Shown: one piece after another, positions 9,481-20,025 of the stretch
Layout: each line of letters opens with the position of its first letter
Numbering within the stretch: position 1 is the first letter of the stretch
Assembly (NCBI GenBank): GCA_902588745.1
Contig: CACIQI010000005.1
Coordinates: 14,070 to 78,069 of the forward strand
Direction of reading: 5' to 3'
Length of the DNA: 64,000 nucleotides
Origin: an uncultured Alphaproteobacteria bacterium
GTDB taxonomy: Bacteria; Pseudomonadota; Alphaproteobacteria; HIMB59; GCA-002718135
Translations under genes and position numbers: made by a program
The notes under the pieces: model-generated
What the model was told of the DNA's origin: nothing
What the model saw: the letters and a program-made list of their open reading frames with translations, nothing else
The model's database searches: none

Positions 9481-10911
9481 TTATGAAATTATTTCTTTTA
9501 ATAATGATTTTAAAGGTTTTTCTTTCATTAAATTTAGATTTTTTTTGACTGCTGTTAACATTTCTTCTTTTTTACTTTCCGAAAGATTAAAAATATTTTT
9601 ATTATTAATTATTTCTTCAAAAAAATTATCCTTATTATTTTTATAAACATTGTAAAAGTATTCTTTATTTCCATCATCAAGTCTATTTTGATCTTCTTCA
9701 ATAATTTGAAATAAGAAAAATAACCAAGAGGCTATGATAAATTGAATATATTTAGTTGCTCCTTTATTATTATTGTAGGTATCAAGTATTCTTATAGGTA
9801 TTTTTAAAGAACCATCCATAGCAATTCTTAACAATTTATCCTCTATGTAGGTATTTTTAAATCTTTCTAAAATTTTCATTTTGTACTCATTTATATTAAA
9901 ATCATCTTTAGTTTCTAAAGTGGGTAACACTTCTTGGTCTAAAAAATTTAAAATAAAATTGTAAATATTTTTATCCTCTATTGCTTCATGAACATATGTA
10001 TACCCACACAAATGACCAATGTATGCTACAGCTGAGTGGGAAGCATTCAGTATTTTAAGTTTATTATTTTCATAAAATTTTACGTCTTCAACAAATTTTA
10101 TTTTATTATTTGATAAAATATTTTTTAGCTCATCATTATTTGATTGAATATACCAATCTCTATAAGGTTCAGTAACCACAATTGTATTATCATTATATGG
10201 CAAGTTAAAATATTCAGATTGTTTATTATTATTTGGAACAATTCCATCAACCATAGATAATGGGAACTCAATATTATTATCAAACCAATCTAAACACTTT
10301 GGATATTTTTTTTCTATAAATTGTTTAACTAAATTTTTTAAAATTGTTCCATTTTCAGACAAATTATCGCAACTTAAAACGATTAATTTTTTTTTGTTTT
10401 TCTTATATCTTTCTATTATTCCAAAACTTAGATGACCTATCAAAGTTGATAACTCTTTATCCTCTAAATCATTAATAATTTGATTCGAAAAATTTAATTT
10501 TTTATTTTTATCAAAATGATATCCCTTTTCTGTAACAGTAATTGTAATTAATTTAATTTTTTCAGATACAATTAAATTTCTTATTTCATTCTTGTGTTTT
10601 AAACCAAATAAAACTTTTTTAATTGGATTTAAAATATCAACTTTTTTATAATTATTTGATATCCTTACCAAAGAATACAAGTAGTCTTGTAACTGCATTT
10701 TATTATTTGTTTCTTCAGACCTTAAATTGACCCCAATTATGGAAATGTTTTTATTATTTTCTAATATTTCATGAATATATAGTGCTTGGTGAGCTCTATG
10801 AAAATTACCAATACCGAAATGAAGTATGCAATCTTCATTATTATTAATATTATAACTTGGAAATGATTGTTCTTTTAAAAGATTTCTATTTATGTTTTTA
10901 TTTAATTGCAT
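9481..10911 (-). CDS. mannitol dehydrogenase family oxidoreductase, fructuronate/tagaturonate reductase-like
   Basis: 476 aa. The HFGIGNFHRAHQALY dinucleotide-fold block sits about 30 aa from the N-terminus, as in UxuB/MtlD-family enzymes. Confidence 0.8.
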   Translation of the reverse strand: MQLNKNINRNLLKEQSFPSYNINNNEDCILHFGIGNFHRAHQALYIHEILENNKNISIIGVNLRSEETNNKMQLQDYLYSLVRISNNYKKVDILNPIKKVLFGLKHKNEIRNLIVSEKIKLITITVTEKGYHFDKNKKLNFSNQIINDLEDKELSTLIGHLSFGIIERYKKNKKKLIVLSCDNLSENGTILKNLVKQFIEKKYPKCLDWFDNNIEFPLSMVDGIVPNNNKQSEYFNLPYNDNTIVVTEPYRDWYIQSNNDELKNILSNNKIKFVEDVKFYENNKLKILNASHSAVAYIGHLCGYTYVHEAIEDKNIYNFILNFLDQEVLPTLETKDDFNINEYKMKILERFKNTYIEDKLLRIAMDGSLKIPIRILDTYNNNKGATKYIQFIIASWLFFLFQIIEEDQNRLDDGNKEYFYNVYKNNKDNFFEEIINNKNIFNLSESKKEEMLTAVKKNLNLMKEKPLKSLLKEIIS

Positions 10912-10941
10912 ATTAATAATTAAAATATACTTAAACAGAAG

Positions 10942-11694
10942 ATGATCAATAAAATATATAAAAGTGTGCTTATAACTGGTGCATCAAGTGGTATTGGCTT
11001 AGAAACACTTAAAAGATTTTTAAAAGAAAATGTAAAAGTTTATGCTCTTGATAAAGACGTTTCAATATTAGAGAAATTGAAAAAAAAACATAAATTTGAA
11101 ATCATTCAAATTGATCTCTTTGACACGGATCAAATTTATAAAAAACTTTCCAAAGTAAAAGTTGATATTGTAGTTTGTAATGCAGGCATTGGAAGAGGGG
11201 CTGAAGGTATATTAAAAGCGTCAAGGCAAGATATTGAATTATCTACAAGATTAAATGTCGAGTCTTATCTTCATACTTTAAAAACTATTGTTCCAGGAAT
11301 GATAAAAAGAAGAAAAGGACATGTAGTTTTAATGGGGTCTCTTGCAGGTCTATACCCACAAATGAGTACTGTTTATGGCGGTCAAAAAGGTGCTATACAT
11401 AGAATCGCACAAAGCTTAAGAATTGAACTTAGCGGTTCAAGAGTTAAAGTTTCTGAAATATGTCCTGGAAGAACTAAAACAAATTTTGGTAAAGCTGCAT
11501 TTACAGATAAAAATAAAGCTAAAAAATTTATGTCTGGTTTTACTCTTCTCGAGCCAAGAGATATTGCTGATGCTATTATGTTTGCAGTAAGTGTTAGATG
11601 GCGAAGCAATATTAGCACTATTGAAATTTCTGGCACAGAACAATCCCCAGGCGGAGTGCCGATTATTCCAGTAAAAGATCCAATACTTTCATAA
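10942..11694 (+). CDS. short-chain dehydrogenase/reductase (SDR)
   Basis: 250 aa with TGASSGIG, NAG and YGGQK (YxxxK). Confidence 0.85.
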   Translation: MINKIYKSVLITGASSGIGLETLKRFLKENVKVYALDKDVSILEKLKKKHKFEIIQIDLFDTDQIYKKLSKVKVDIVVCNAGIGRGAEGILKASRQDIELSTRLNVESYLHTLKTIVPGMIKRRKGHVVLMGSLAGLYPQMSTVYGGQKGAIHRIAQSLRIELSGSRVKVSEICPGRTKTNFGKAAFTDKNKAKKFMSGFTLLEPRDIADAIMFAVSVRWRSNISTIEISGTEQSPGGVPIIPVKDPILS

Positions 11695-11735
11695 ATTAAT
11701 TAAATATTTTTTATTTTAATATAATAAAATTAATT

Positions 11736-12839
11736 ATGGAAAAACCTGTCAGATATGGTGTTATTGGCATAGGAGGTATGGGAGCAAATCATGCTAAAAA
11801 ATTACAAGAGAATAAAATAGAAAATGCCATCTTAGCCGCAGTTGCTGATTCAAATGTAGAATATAAAAATAAATATGAAAATATTCCTTTTTTTGAAAAT
11901 ACTGATAATTTTTTTGATAATAAAATTATAGATGCGGCAATCATTGCTACACCTCATAAATCGCACATAGATCTAGCGAAAAAAGCTCTCGAAAATAATA
12001 TTAATGTTATAATTGAAAAACCCTTAGCAATAACTAGTAAAAAGTGTCGAGAATTTATTAATATTTCACAAAGTTTTAAAGCATTTTTTACTGTTATGCT
12101 AAATCAAAGGACTAATCCTGTTTATGTTAAGATAAAGGAACTAATTAATGGAAACGAATTAGGTAAAGTTCACCGTTTTCAATGGACAATAACTAATTGG
12201 TTTAGAACAAACTATTATTATCAGACGTCTAATTGGAGAGCTAAATGGGAAAGTGAAGGTGGAGGCGTTTTAATAAATCAGAGTATTCATCAACTTGATT
12301 TGTGTCAGTGGTTATTTGGTATGCCTGACAGTGTATATACTGATTTGGGATTAGGTCGCTTTCATAAGATAGAAGTTGAAGATGAAGTGACTTCAATCTT
12401 TAAATATAAAAATGGATTAAAAGGTGTATTTATTACAACAACAGGTGAAGCTCCTGGTGTAAACAGATTGGAAATTGCATCAGATAAGGGTTTAATTACA
12501 ATTCAGGATAATAATGTTACATGGGAAAAAATAGATTCATCTACTGAATTTATTAATAACTCTAAAACACTTTTTGGAATGCCTAAAAAAGAAAAAATTA
12601 ATTTTAATTTTAAGGCTGATTTGGATCAACATATTGAGCATCAAAGACTTATTCAAAACTTTACAAACTTCCTCCTAGGAAAAGAAAAACTGTTAGTGAA
12701 TGGAAAAGATGGTTTAAATTCAGTTGAATTAATTAATGCCATGGTTCTATCGGGATTAGAGGAAAAAAAAATAGAGCTTCCTTTAGATGAGGTTAAATAT
12801 GAACAAAAATTAGAAGAAATGATAAGTAAATCAAGATGA
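11736..12839 (+). CDS. Gfo/Idh/MocA family oxidoreductase
   Basis: 367 aa with the VIGIGGMGANH Rossmann start and an EKPLA motif. Confidence 0.85.
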   Translation: MEKPVRYGVIGIGGMGANHAKKLQENKIENAILAAVADSNVEYKNKYENIPFFENTDNFFDNKIIDAAIIATPHKSHIDLAKKALENNINVIIEKPLAITSKKCREFINISQSFKAFFTVMLNQRTNPVYVKIKELINGNELGKVHRFQWTITNWFRTNYYYQTSNWRAKWESEGGGVLINQSIHQLDLCQWLFGMPDSVYTDLGLGRFHKIEVEDEVTSIFKYKNGLKGVFITTTGEAPGVNRLEIASDKGLITIQDNNVTWEKIDSSTEFINNSKTLFGMPKKEKINFNFKADLDQHIEHQRLIQNFTNFLLGKEKLLVNGKDGLNSVELINAMVLSGLEEKKIELPLDEVKYEQKLEEMISKSR

Positions 12840-13606
12840 AAATTAATCAAATTGCAGTAACTCTTTATACCGTTAGAGATTTTTGCCAAAATGAAAAAGA
12901 TTTATTTGAGAGCCTTAAAAAAATCAAAAATATTGGATATAGTAGCATTCAAATCAGTGGTGTTGGTTTAATTAATCCTAAAAAAATAAAAAGCATGTGT
13001 GAAGATTTGAGTTTAGTTATATGCGCTACACATGAACCAAATGAACAAATTATAAATAATACTGATGAAGTTATTAATAAGTTAAAAATTTTTAATTGCG
13101 AATATTCCGCTCTTCCTTATCCATTAAATGTAGATATGAAAAACTTAGAAGAAATTGATAAATTCATAGAAGATATAAATATCGCTGGCTCCAAGTTTCA
13201 TGCAGAAGGAAAGGTGCTATGCTACCATAATCATGCACTTGAATTCCAAAAAGTTCAAAATGAAATAATTTTAGATAGAATTTATAAAAATACAGATAGT
13301 AGATTCATACAAGGAGAGCCAGATATTTATTGGATACAAAAAGGTGGTCAAAATCCACTAATGTGGTGTAAAAAATTAGATCAACGAATGCCATTATTAC
13401 ATTTAAAAGATTTTATAATGATAAATGATCAAGAAAGTTTTTTTGCAGAGGTTGGCTTAGGTAATTTAGATATCAAAAATATTGTTAAAAGAGCAACAGA
13501 TTCAGGTTGTAAGTGGTTTATTGTTGAACAGGATGAATGTAATGGCGATCCTTTTGATTCACTTCAGATTAGCTATAATAATTTAGTAAAATATGCAGTT
13601 ACTTAA
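12836..13606 (+). CDS. xylose isomerase-like TIM-barrel protein (sugar phosphate isomerase/epimerase family)
   Basis: 256 aa with the pattern YHNHALEF, D.YW, HLKD, VEQD. ATGA overlap with the upstream Gfo gene. Confidence 0.75.
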   Translation: MKINQIAVTLYTVRDFCQNEKDLFESLKKIKNIGYSSIQISGVGLINPKKIKSMCEDLSLVICATHEPNEQIINNTDEVINKLKIFNCEYSALPYPLNVDMKNLEEIDKFIEDINIAGSKFHAEGKVLCYHNHALEFQKVQNEIILDRIYKNTDSRFIQGEPDIYWIQKGGQNPLMWCKKLDQRMPLLHLKDFIMINDQESFFAEVGLGNLDIKNIVKRATDSGCKWFIVEQDECNGDPFDSLQISYNNLVKYAVT

Positions 13607-14812
13607 GAAAAAAACTTTTTGCGTTTTGATGTAATAAATTATTAATATCCCTTTCTATTATAAATTTTGATAACTCGTAATTTTTCTTAGAAAGATCTTC
13701 ATAATATTCATATAAAATTTCATGTAAGATATTTTTGAAATGAGACCATTTATATATAAGTTGATCAGTAACTCTTGCATCGGAATGCTGAGGTATAAAT
13801 GAAAGACCTAGCATATCAATCCTCATTTTTAGAACAATTTTTATAATACTTGGCTGGTTCATAAACCACCAAAAACCAAATATTTTTAAATTAGGATGTT
13901 TACGAGCTAAGACAGTTAATTCGTGCTGATCATTTAAAGATAAACAAGTTACAAGAAATTTGTTTTCCGGAAAAGAATTACATAATTTACTTAGTTCTTT
14001 GAGATTAATATCACCAATCCCATCTCCAGCTAAACCAAAACTACTATTTACAGCTCGTTTAACACCTAACATTAAAGACAATGGGATATTTTTTTTATTT
14101 AACCATGATAAAATTAATTTCCAAAGAGGATCATTTAAGATTTCTTTAAAATTATCTGAATTTGCTGAAATAGCTGCATACACTGGATTTGATACTAAAA
14201 AACAACTATCTAAATAATTTATTACAATATCATCTGCTTTTTGATTTATCTTAGTTTGATTTTTTGCAACCTCAGTTGCTTGGGAATTGTTAATAATTAA
14301 ATCATCCAGTCTTAATGATGATTGAAATATATTTCTATCCCAATCATTATCTTTATATAAATTCCATTCATCAATATCAAATGGATTATTTGTCATTACT
14401 AAAGAAGCAACATTTGATAATTTTAAAATTTTTTCATCTGTAAGAGATTTATTTTCATATTCATTTTTTAGTTCTTCAAAAGTTTATTATTATAATTAAT
14501 ATCTAATTTTTGAAGTACCGTTAGTACGCCTTTACACGCTTCAGAAATTGGTGTTCTATTTTGAAATAATTCTTCCCAGATAAGTTTTGCTTTATTTACG
14601 TCATCAAGAGAGTAAAATTTTTTTGCACTTATATTTGCATTGGTTAATAATTCTGCAATTAAATAATGATAGTTTAATAAATTAACAAAACCAGAAAGAG
14701 AATGACTTTTAAAGGCAGATGGAAATAAATGCGTATGAATATCAAAAATTTTTGTATTATTAATAACGTCATCTAAAGTATCGGATAATTCCTGATTAGA
14801 CATATTCATCAC
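13599..14812 (-). pseudogene. Bh0493-type uronate isomerase (amidohydrolase superfamily) split by one frameshift into 114-aa and 265-aa ORFs
   Basis: The N-terminal ORF has DIHTHLFPS...YHYLIAELL...LIWEELF..RTPISEACKGVL. The C-terminal ORF has MTNNPFD...NKFLVTCLSLNDQHELTVLARK...FGFWWFMNQP...FIPQHSDARV..QLIYKW. The downstream frame is already open from 14483 (TFEELKNEYENKSLTDEKILKLSNVASLVMTNNPF), so the two frames overlap in 14471-14483. Confidence 0.7.
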
Positions 14813-15828
14813 TTAATATTGCCAAGCCTAATCGCATTTTTTTGAGCTTTGATTGCCAATTCCATAACTTTTAAACAATGTGATTGATCCATTGCAGTAC
14901 TAGTTCTGTTTATAACATCACCCATTAATCTCTCAAAATATGTTAGGGGTTCTTTAGAAGCATTTTTATATTCATATTTTTTATTATTAACTAAAAAAAG
15001 GTGATCTGTACCCTCTCTACCAACAAGATCGACATACTTTCTTAATTCAATGTATCCTTTTGTACCTAAAATGACCAATCTGCCATCACCCCAATTAGGT
15101 AAAGCATCAGGAGTGTACCAGTCTACCCTAATGTAACCTCTTCCCTTATCTCCATGAATTAAAATTTCACCAAAATCTTCAAACTTATTATGTTCAGGAT
15201 TTGCAAAATTACCTGTTGAAGAATTTATAATTTCTACATTTTTAGATCCAGTAAAAAATAAAAACTGATCTATTTGATGTGAAGCAATATCACATAAAAT
15301 ACCGCCATATTGATCGTAATCAAAAAACCAATCAGGTCTAGTTTGGATATTCAATCGGTGAGGTCCCATTCCAATTGTTTGAACAACATCTCCAATTTCA
15401 CCCGCTTGAATTAAATCATAGGCAGCTTGAACTGACGGCACTTCAAATCTTTCAGAAAAATCAATTGAAAAAATTTTTCCTGTTTTTTTTGCAGTATTTT
15501 CAATTTCTTTAAGTTGTTCTAAAGTTGTACAACCAGGTTTATCTAACATTACATCTTTTCCAGCATTCATACACTCAATAGCTAAAGCTGCTCTTTTAAC
15601 TGGAATGTCTGCTATCAATACTAATTCAATTTCTTTATTTTTTAATAAATCCTCTTTATTTGTAAAGCGGGGTATATCAGGATGTTTTTCATTAAAATCT
15701 TTTGTAATTTTATTATCAGTTTCATTCCACCAGCCAATACATTCGCATCCCAAATTTAACATACCATTTAATTGTCCAAAAATGTGTCTATGCTCAACAC
15801 CCATTGCAGCAACTTTAATTTTTCTCAT
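14809..15828 (-). CDS. Gfo/Idh/MocA family oxidoreductase (divergent N-terminal motif)
   Basis: 339 aa with the family layout, DKPGC in place of EKP, and a C-terminal alpha/beta domain. Confidence 0.78.
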   Translation of the reverse strand: MRKIKVAAMGVEHRHIFGQLNGMLNLGCECIGWWNETDNKITKDFNEKHPDIPRFTNKEDLLKNKEIELVLIADIPVKRAALAIECMNAGKDVMLDKPGCTTLEQLKEIENTAKKTGKIFSIDFSERFEVPSVQAAYDLIQAGEIGDVVQTIGMGPHRLNIQTRPDWFFDYDQYGGILCDIASHQIDQFLFFTGSKNVEIINSSTGNFANPEHNKFEDFGEILIHGDKGRGYIRVDWYTPDALPNWGDGRLVILGTKGYIELRKYVDLVGREGTDHLFLVNNKKYEYKNASKEPLTYFERLMGDVINRTSTAMDQSHCLKVMELAIKAQKNAIRLGNIK

Positions 15829-15839
15829 GATTAAATATC

Positions 15840-16868
15840 TTACTCCATTGTAATTAGTTTATTTTTTTTAGATGATTCTATCATTGCATCAATTAGATAA
15901 TGAACTTTCAATGCTTCTTTTCCAGTAATTTCAAATTTTTTATTTGTATTAATTGATTTTGCAAAATTAAGTATAAGATCTTTATGCCAATCAAATGGAA
16001 AGGCCATAGGATCAGCAGTACCGCCAGTCCCAGATTCCTCTCCAAACTCTTCTTTTTTACCGTTCCTCCAATTAATAATAAGTGTTCCTGCTTCAAGTTT
16101 GACTGTTGCATTTTCACAATGAAGAACAATTGACTCTGATGAGCCTGGAAAAACACTCGTTGAAGCGAATAAAGATGCAATTACGCTATTTTTAAATTTA
16201 ATACCACCAGTTACAAAATTTTCTGACTCCATTTTATGAAACTTTGTAGTTTCCGCCATTACCATCACGTCTTTAACATCCCCTAAAAGACTGATAGCAA
16301 GATCAAGTGTATGAATAGCTTGGCTTATAAGAACTCCTCCACCATCTCTCTTGTATGTTCCTCTACCTGGTTCATCATAATAGGACTGTTCTCGCCACCA
16401 TGGAATATTGATTTGAGCTGAAAAAATTTGACCAAATTTATTCTCATTTATTAATGATTTTAATTTAATTGAGGATTTTCTAAATCTGTGTTGAAAAACT
16501 ATACCGAGGTTAACTTTATTATTTTCACAAATTGAGACTATACTTTTTGCATTTTCTAAAGTTCGTTCAATTGGTTTTTCCATTAAGATATGTTTTCCAT
16601 GTTTACTAAATTGCTCTACTAGTTCTAAGCGTTGATTTGGAGGGGTGATGATATCCACCATGTCAACTTCAGGATTATCATAAATGCTATCAATGTCTTG
16701 AAATGAATTAAAATTATAATTTTTAGAAAAATTTTCTCTTTTTTCCTTATTTCGAGAAAAAACTCCAACTACATTAATATCGTCCTTTAATTCATTTAAA
16801 GCCAAGGCATGGGGTTTTGCAGCCATACCCGTACCAATAATGGCAAGTCCAATTTTTTTAGAACTCAT
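15840..16868 (-). CDS. Gfo/Idh/MocA family oxidoreductase
   Basis: 342 aa with IGLAIIGTGMAAKPH and EKPIERT. Confidence 0.85.
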   Translation of the reverse strand: MSSKKIGLAIIGTGMAAKPHALALNELKDDINVVGVFSRNKEKRENFSKNYNFNSFQDIDSIYDNPEVDMVDIITPPNQRLELVEQFSKHGKHILMEKPIERTLENAKSIVSICENNKVNLGIVFQHRFRKSSIKLKSLINENKFGQIFSAQINIPWWREQSYYDEPGRGTYKRDGGGVLISQAIHTLDLAISLLGDVKDVMVMAETTKFHKMESENFVTGGIKFKNSVIASLFASTSVFPGSSESIVLHCENATVKLEAGTLIINWRNGKKEEFGEESGTGGTADPMAFPFDWHKDLILNFAKSINTNKKFEITGKEALKVHYLIDAMIESSKKNKLITME

Positions 16869-17950
16869 TAATTATTTTTTTTTGATACAGACATGCCATT
16901 CTCTTCAAAAAGATGAACTGAATCTCTTTTAAAACGCAGATATAATTCTTCTCCCTTATTAATTTTATATTGCCCGGTATGATGAACAATTAATTGTTTT
17001 ATTCCTTCACCCTGACAATAAAAGTAAGTTTCACTTCCGAGCTGTTCAGTAAAATCAACATTTACTTTCAAATCTGAATTTTGCTGTTCACAAACTTCTA
17101 TATGTTCAGGTCTTATCCCAAGAGAATAAGCTGTATTATTTTGTAAATTTTTATGATTTGTTTGTAAATTCATTGCATCTGAAACTAAATTGAATGAACC
17201 AGACTTATCAATTGCATTAACTTTTATAAAATTCATTTTCGGAGATCCAATGAAACCAGCTACAAAAATATCACTGGGATTATTATATAAATCAAGTGGT
17301 GCTCCTGCTTGTGCAACATAGCCATTATTTAAAACTACTATTTGATCAGCCAATGTCATTGCTTCAACTTGATCATGTGTAACATAAATCATTGTACCAC
17401 CAATTTTTTCATGAAGTGCTGATAATTCTTTTCTCATTGTTACTCTTAACTCAGCATCAAGATTAGATAAGGGCTCATCAAACAAAAAGGCTTTTGGATC
17501 TCTAACTATTGCTCTTCCAATAGCTACTCTTTGTCTTTGACCACCAGAAAGTGCTTTTGGTTTTCTTTGAAGATACTCTTCAATTTGTAAAAGTTTAGCT
17601 GCACTATTAACTTTTTCTTCAATTGTTTTTTTATCAATTTTTAAATTTTCCAATGCAAAGGCCATATTTTTAAAAACAGACATGTGAGGATACAAAGCAT
17701 ATGATTGAAAAACCATAGCCAAACCTCTTTCTGAAGCGGGTATATTACTTACTTCATTTCCGTCGATTAAAATTTCTCCTGATGTAATTCTTTCTAATCC
17801 AGCAATAATTCTTAATAATGTTGACTTACCACATCCAGAGGGGCCAACTAAAACTAGAAATTTTCCACTTTCAACTTTCAAATCAACTCCATGAATTACT
17901 TCTGTTTGATCATAACTTTTAAAAATGTCCTTTAATACGATTTCAGTCAT
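16868..17950 (-). CDS. CUT1 sugar ABC transporter ATP-binding protein (MalK/UgpC/MsiK type)
   Basis: 360 aa with GPSGCGKST, LSGGQRQR, FLFDEPLS and a C-terminal regulatory/TOBE-like domain. Confidence 0.9.
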   Translation of the reverse strand: MTEIVLKDIFKSYDQTEVIHGVDLKVESGKFLVLVGPSGCGKSTLLRIIAGLERITSGEILIDGNEVSNIPASERGLAMVFQSYALYPHMSVFKNMAFALENLKIDKKTIEEKVNSAAKLLQIEEYLQRKPKALSGGQRQRVAIGRAIVRDPKAFLFDEPLSNLDAELRVTMRKELSALHEKIGGTMIYVTHDQVEAMTLADQIVVLNNGYVAQAGAPLDLYNNPSDIFVAGFIGSPKMNFIKVNAIDKSGSFNLVSDAMNLQTNHKNLQNNTAYSLGIRPEHIEVCEQQNSDLKVNVDFTEQLGSETYFYCQGEGIKQLIVHHTGQYKINKGEELYLRFKRDSVHLFEENGMSVSKKNN

Positions 17951-18960
17951 CTATCTCTTCTCATTATTGCTTTGTCAGGGTCAGCATGTTGTAAGTGTAT
18001 AGGCGGCATCCCATTCAAGATTTTTTTTATATCATTCATCATCATATCTCTTATATTTTTATATGAATAATCTAAAGCACCTGCAACATGTGAAGTAAAT
18101 AAAATATTAGATTTTTTTCTAAAAATTGAATCTGCTGGCACAGGCTCGACTGGATATACATCTATAGCTGCTCTAAAATATTCATTTTCAGCAAGTTCAA
18201 TAAATTCGTCAAAATCAACAACCTCCGCTCTACTGACTAGAACTACTGAACTATTTTTTTTAATTAATTTTAATTTATCTTTACTAATAAATCCTTCATT
18301 TTCAGTAGTTACTCCAGCTAATATGAATATAAATTTATTGTTAGATAGTAAATCATCAATCGATACAGGGTTTACACCTTGGCTTTCTAAGTATTCATTA
18401 GATAACCATGGATCAAATACTGAAATTTTACAGTTAAATGGTTTTAACAAAGGAAGTAAACTTTTTGCTAAATTTCCAAACCCAATTAAACCAACATTTG
18501 AATTAAAAAGAGTGTAAGCAAATTTATTTTCTTTAATTCCATATTGCTCTTCAGAATTTAAAAATTTTTTGTAAACTCCCAAAACATTTCTAGAAAGTGA
18601 GATTGCGTAACCTATACAAGCTTCGGCAACAGCAGGAGCCATGGCAGGTGCAGCTGATAAAACATAAATACCTCTTCTATGTGCTTCATGATAATCAATA
18701 TTCGGTTCCCAATTTGCTTTGACATTTATAATAGCTTTAATTTTTTTTGATTTATCTAAACGTTCTTTAGGCATAGCAGTCTGTCCAACTAATATTTCAA
18801 TTTCTTCAATATTTTTATCTACAAGTTCATCAGGTGCTCGACTGCCAAAGTGATAGATTAAATTAGATATTTTTTCTAATTCAGTCTTAACATCATTGGT
18901 AAAAACCATTTCTTCATTTCTTGGATAAGGATCAAAAAAAATTAGAGGCTTGTGTTGCAT
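17947..18960 (-). CDS. D-isomer-specific 2-hydroxyacid dehydrogenase family protein
   Basis: Contains GLIGFGNLAKSL (NAD fold), SRAEVVD, DVYPVEP and TSHVAG. I place the start at MQHKP (ATG 18958-18960), sharing one base with the upstream permease stop (TAATG). The 37 extra codons of the tracked ORF lie inside the permease gene. Confidence 0.8.
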   Translation of the reverse strand: MQHKPLIFFDPYPRNEEMVFTNDVKTELEKISNLIYHFGSRAPDELVDKNIEEIEILVGQTAMPKERLDKSKKIKAIINVKANWEPNIDYHEAHRRGIYVLSAAPAMAPAVAEACIGYAISLSRNVLGVYKKFLNSEEQYGIKENKFAYTLFNSNVGLIGFGNLAKSLLPLLKPFNCKISVFDPWLSNEYLESQGVNPVSIDDLLSNNKFIFILAGVTTENEGFISKDKLKLIKKNSSVVLVSRAEVVDFDEFIELAENEYFRAAIDVYPVEPVPADSIFRKKSNILFTSHVAGALDYSYKNIRDMMMNDIKKILNGMPPIHLQHADPDKAIMRRDR

Positions 18961-20024
18961 TACTTCATACCTGTACTTGCTATTCCTGTTGTTATAAATT
19001 TTTGTAAGTAAGCAAATATAATTGCTATAGGTAATAAAGTTACCATAGTCATTGATAATACATAATTCCACTGACTAGTAAGTTCTCCGTGAAATGCGTT
19101 TAATCCAATTTGCAATGTATAAACTTCACTTTTTGATAAAACTATTAAAGGCCATAAGAAATCATTCCACCTCCACATTATGGAAAAAATTGCTAAAACT
19201 GCAATCGCAGGTATAGATAAAGGTAGGACAACTCGCCAATAAATTGCCCATTCACTTGCGTGATCCATTCTTGCTGCTTCTATAAGCTCTCTAGGCAATG
19301 TAAGCATATATTGACGAAGTAAAAAAACTCCTGTTGGTGTTGCAGCACCTGGAAGAATTACGCCCCATAATGAATTTATCATTCCAAAGTTTGCAACAAC
19401 ATAAAAAACTGGTACCAAAATTATCGTTAATGGAATTAATAATGTACCTATAACAAAAACAAGTGCAAAATTTTTCCCTCTAAACTCATATATAGAAAGT
19501 GCATATGCTGCCATTGAATTTATTATTAACGTTATTATTGTTGCTACAACAGTAATGAAAGTTGAGTTTTTGAAATAAAGTAAGAAATCATACTTTCTTA
19601 AAGGATCAACATAGTTTTGCCACTGAATTTTAAATTCTCTAATTTTTTCTCTTTTATCAATGGGTACTTTTACTGTTTCTCCTGGGTTTAGAGGATCAAC
19701 CATTTTAGCATTAATTCCAATTCTTTTAATTTGTGCTAACTGCTTTACTGACCCATCTTCTTGTGTCACATTAAAAATTGGTAAGGGTTTATCGTATCCT
19801 TCAACATCAACTTGAATTTGAGAAAGTGGCAAAATTGTTGGAGGATATTCTTGTATACCTGCTAATGTCTTTAATGAAGATAATCCTAACCACACAACAG
19901 GACCAAACATTAAAAGAACACCTAAAAATAAATAAAAATAAGAAAAATAATCTGTCCAATGATATTTATTTTTATATCTTTTTTTTGTAGCAATTTTTAT
20001 TATTCTTGAAGTTGTTTCAGACAT
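18960..20024 (-). CDS. CUT1 sugar ABC permease (MalG-like) with an enlarged periplasmic loop of about 100 aa
   Basis: 354 aa with the EAA-type loop REL.EAARMDHAS.W.I...V.LP. Confidence 0.85.
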   Translation of the reverse strand: MSETTSRIIKIATKKRYKNKYHWTDYFSYFYLFLGVLLMFGPVVWLGLSSLKTLAGIQEYPPTILPLSQIQVDVEGYDKPLPIFNVTQEDGSVKQLAQIKRIGINAKMVDPLNPGETVKVPIDKREKIREFKIQWQNYVDPLRKYDFLLYFKNSTFITVVATIITLIINSMAAYALSIYEFRGKNFALVFVIGTLLIPLTIILVPVFYVVANFGMINSLWGVILPGAATPTGVFLLRQYMLTLPRELIEAARMDHASEWAIYWRVVLPLSIPAIAVLAIFSIMWRWNDFLWPLIVLSKSEVYTLQIGLNAFHGELTSQWNYVLSMTMVTLLPIAIIFAYLQKFITTGIASTGMK

Positions 20025-20025
20025 A

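Noticed and set aside
14468-14486. Programmed -1 ribosomal frameshift as the explanation for the split uronate isomerase.
   Set aside because: There is no X-XXY-YYZ slippery heptamer in the 13-nt window where the frames overlap, and no downstream stem-loop is evident. A simple indel at the T4/A3 runs, or a sequencing error, is more parsimonious. I cannot exclude frameshifting without data.
17947-19071. Long N-terminal extensions in three tracked ORFs: 17947-19071, 31999-33039 and 39916-41016.
   Set aside because: The extensions run into the preceding gene. Internal Met codons (18960, 32985, 39967) give proteins that start where the family alignments start, and they create the 1-8 nt overlaps or short gaps typical of this locus. 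I therefore annotated the shorter forms.
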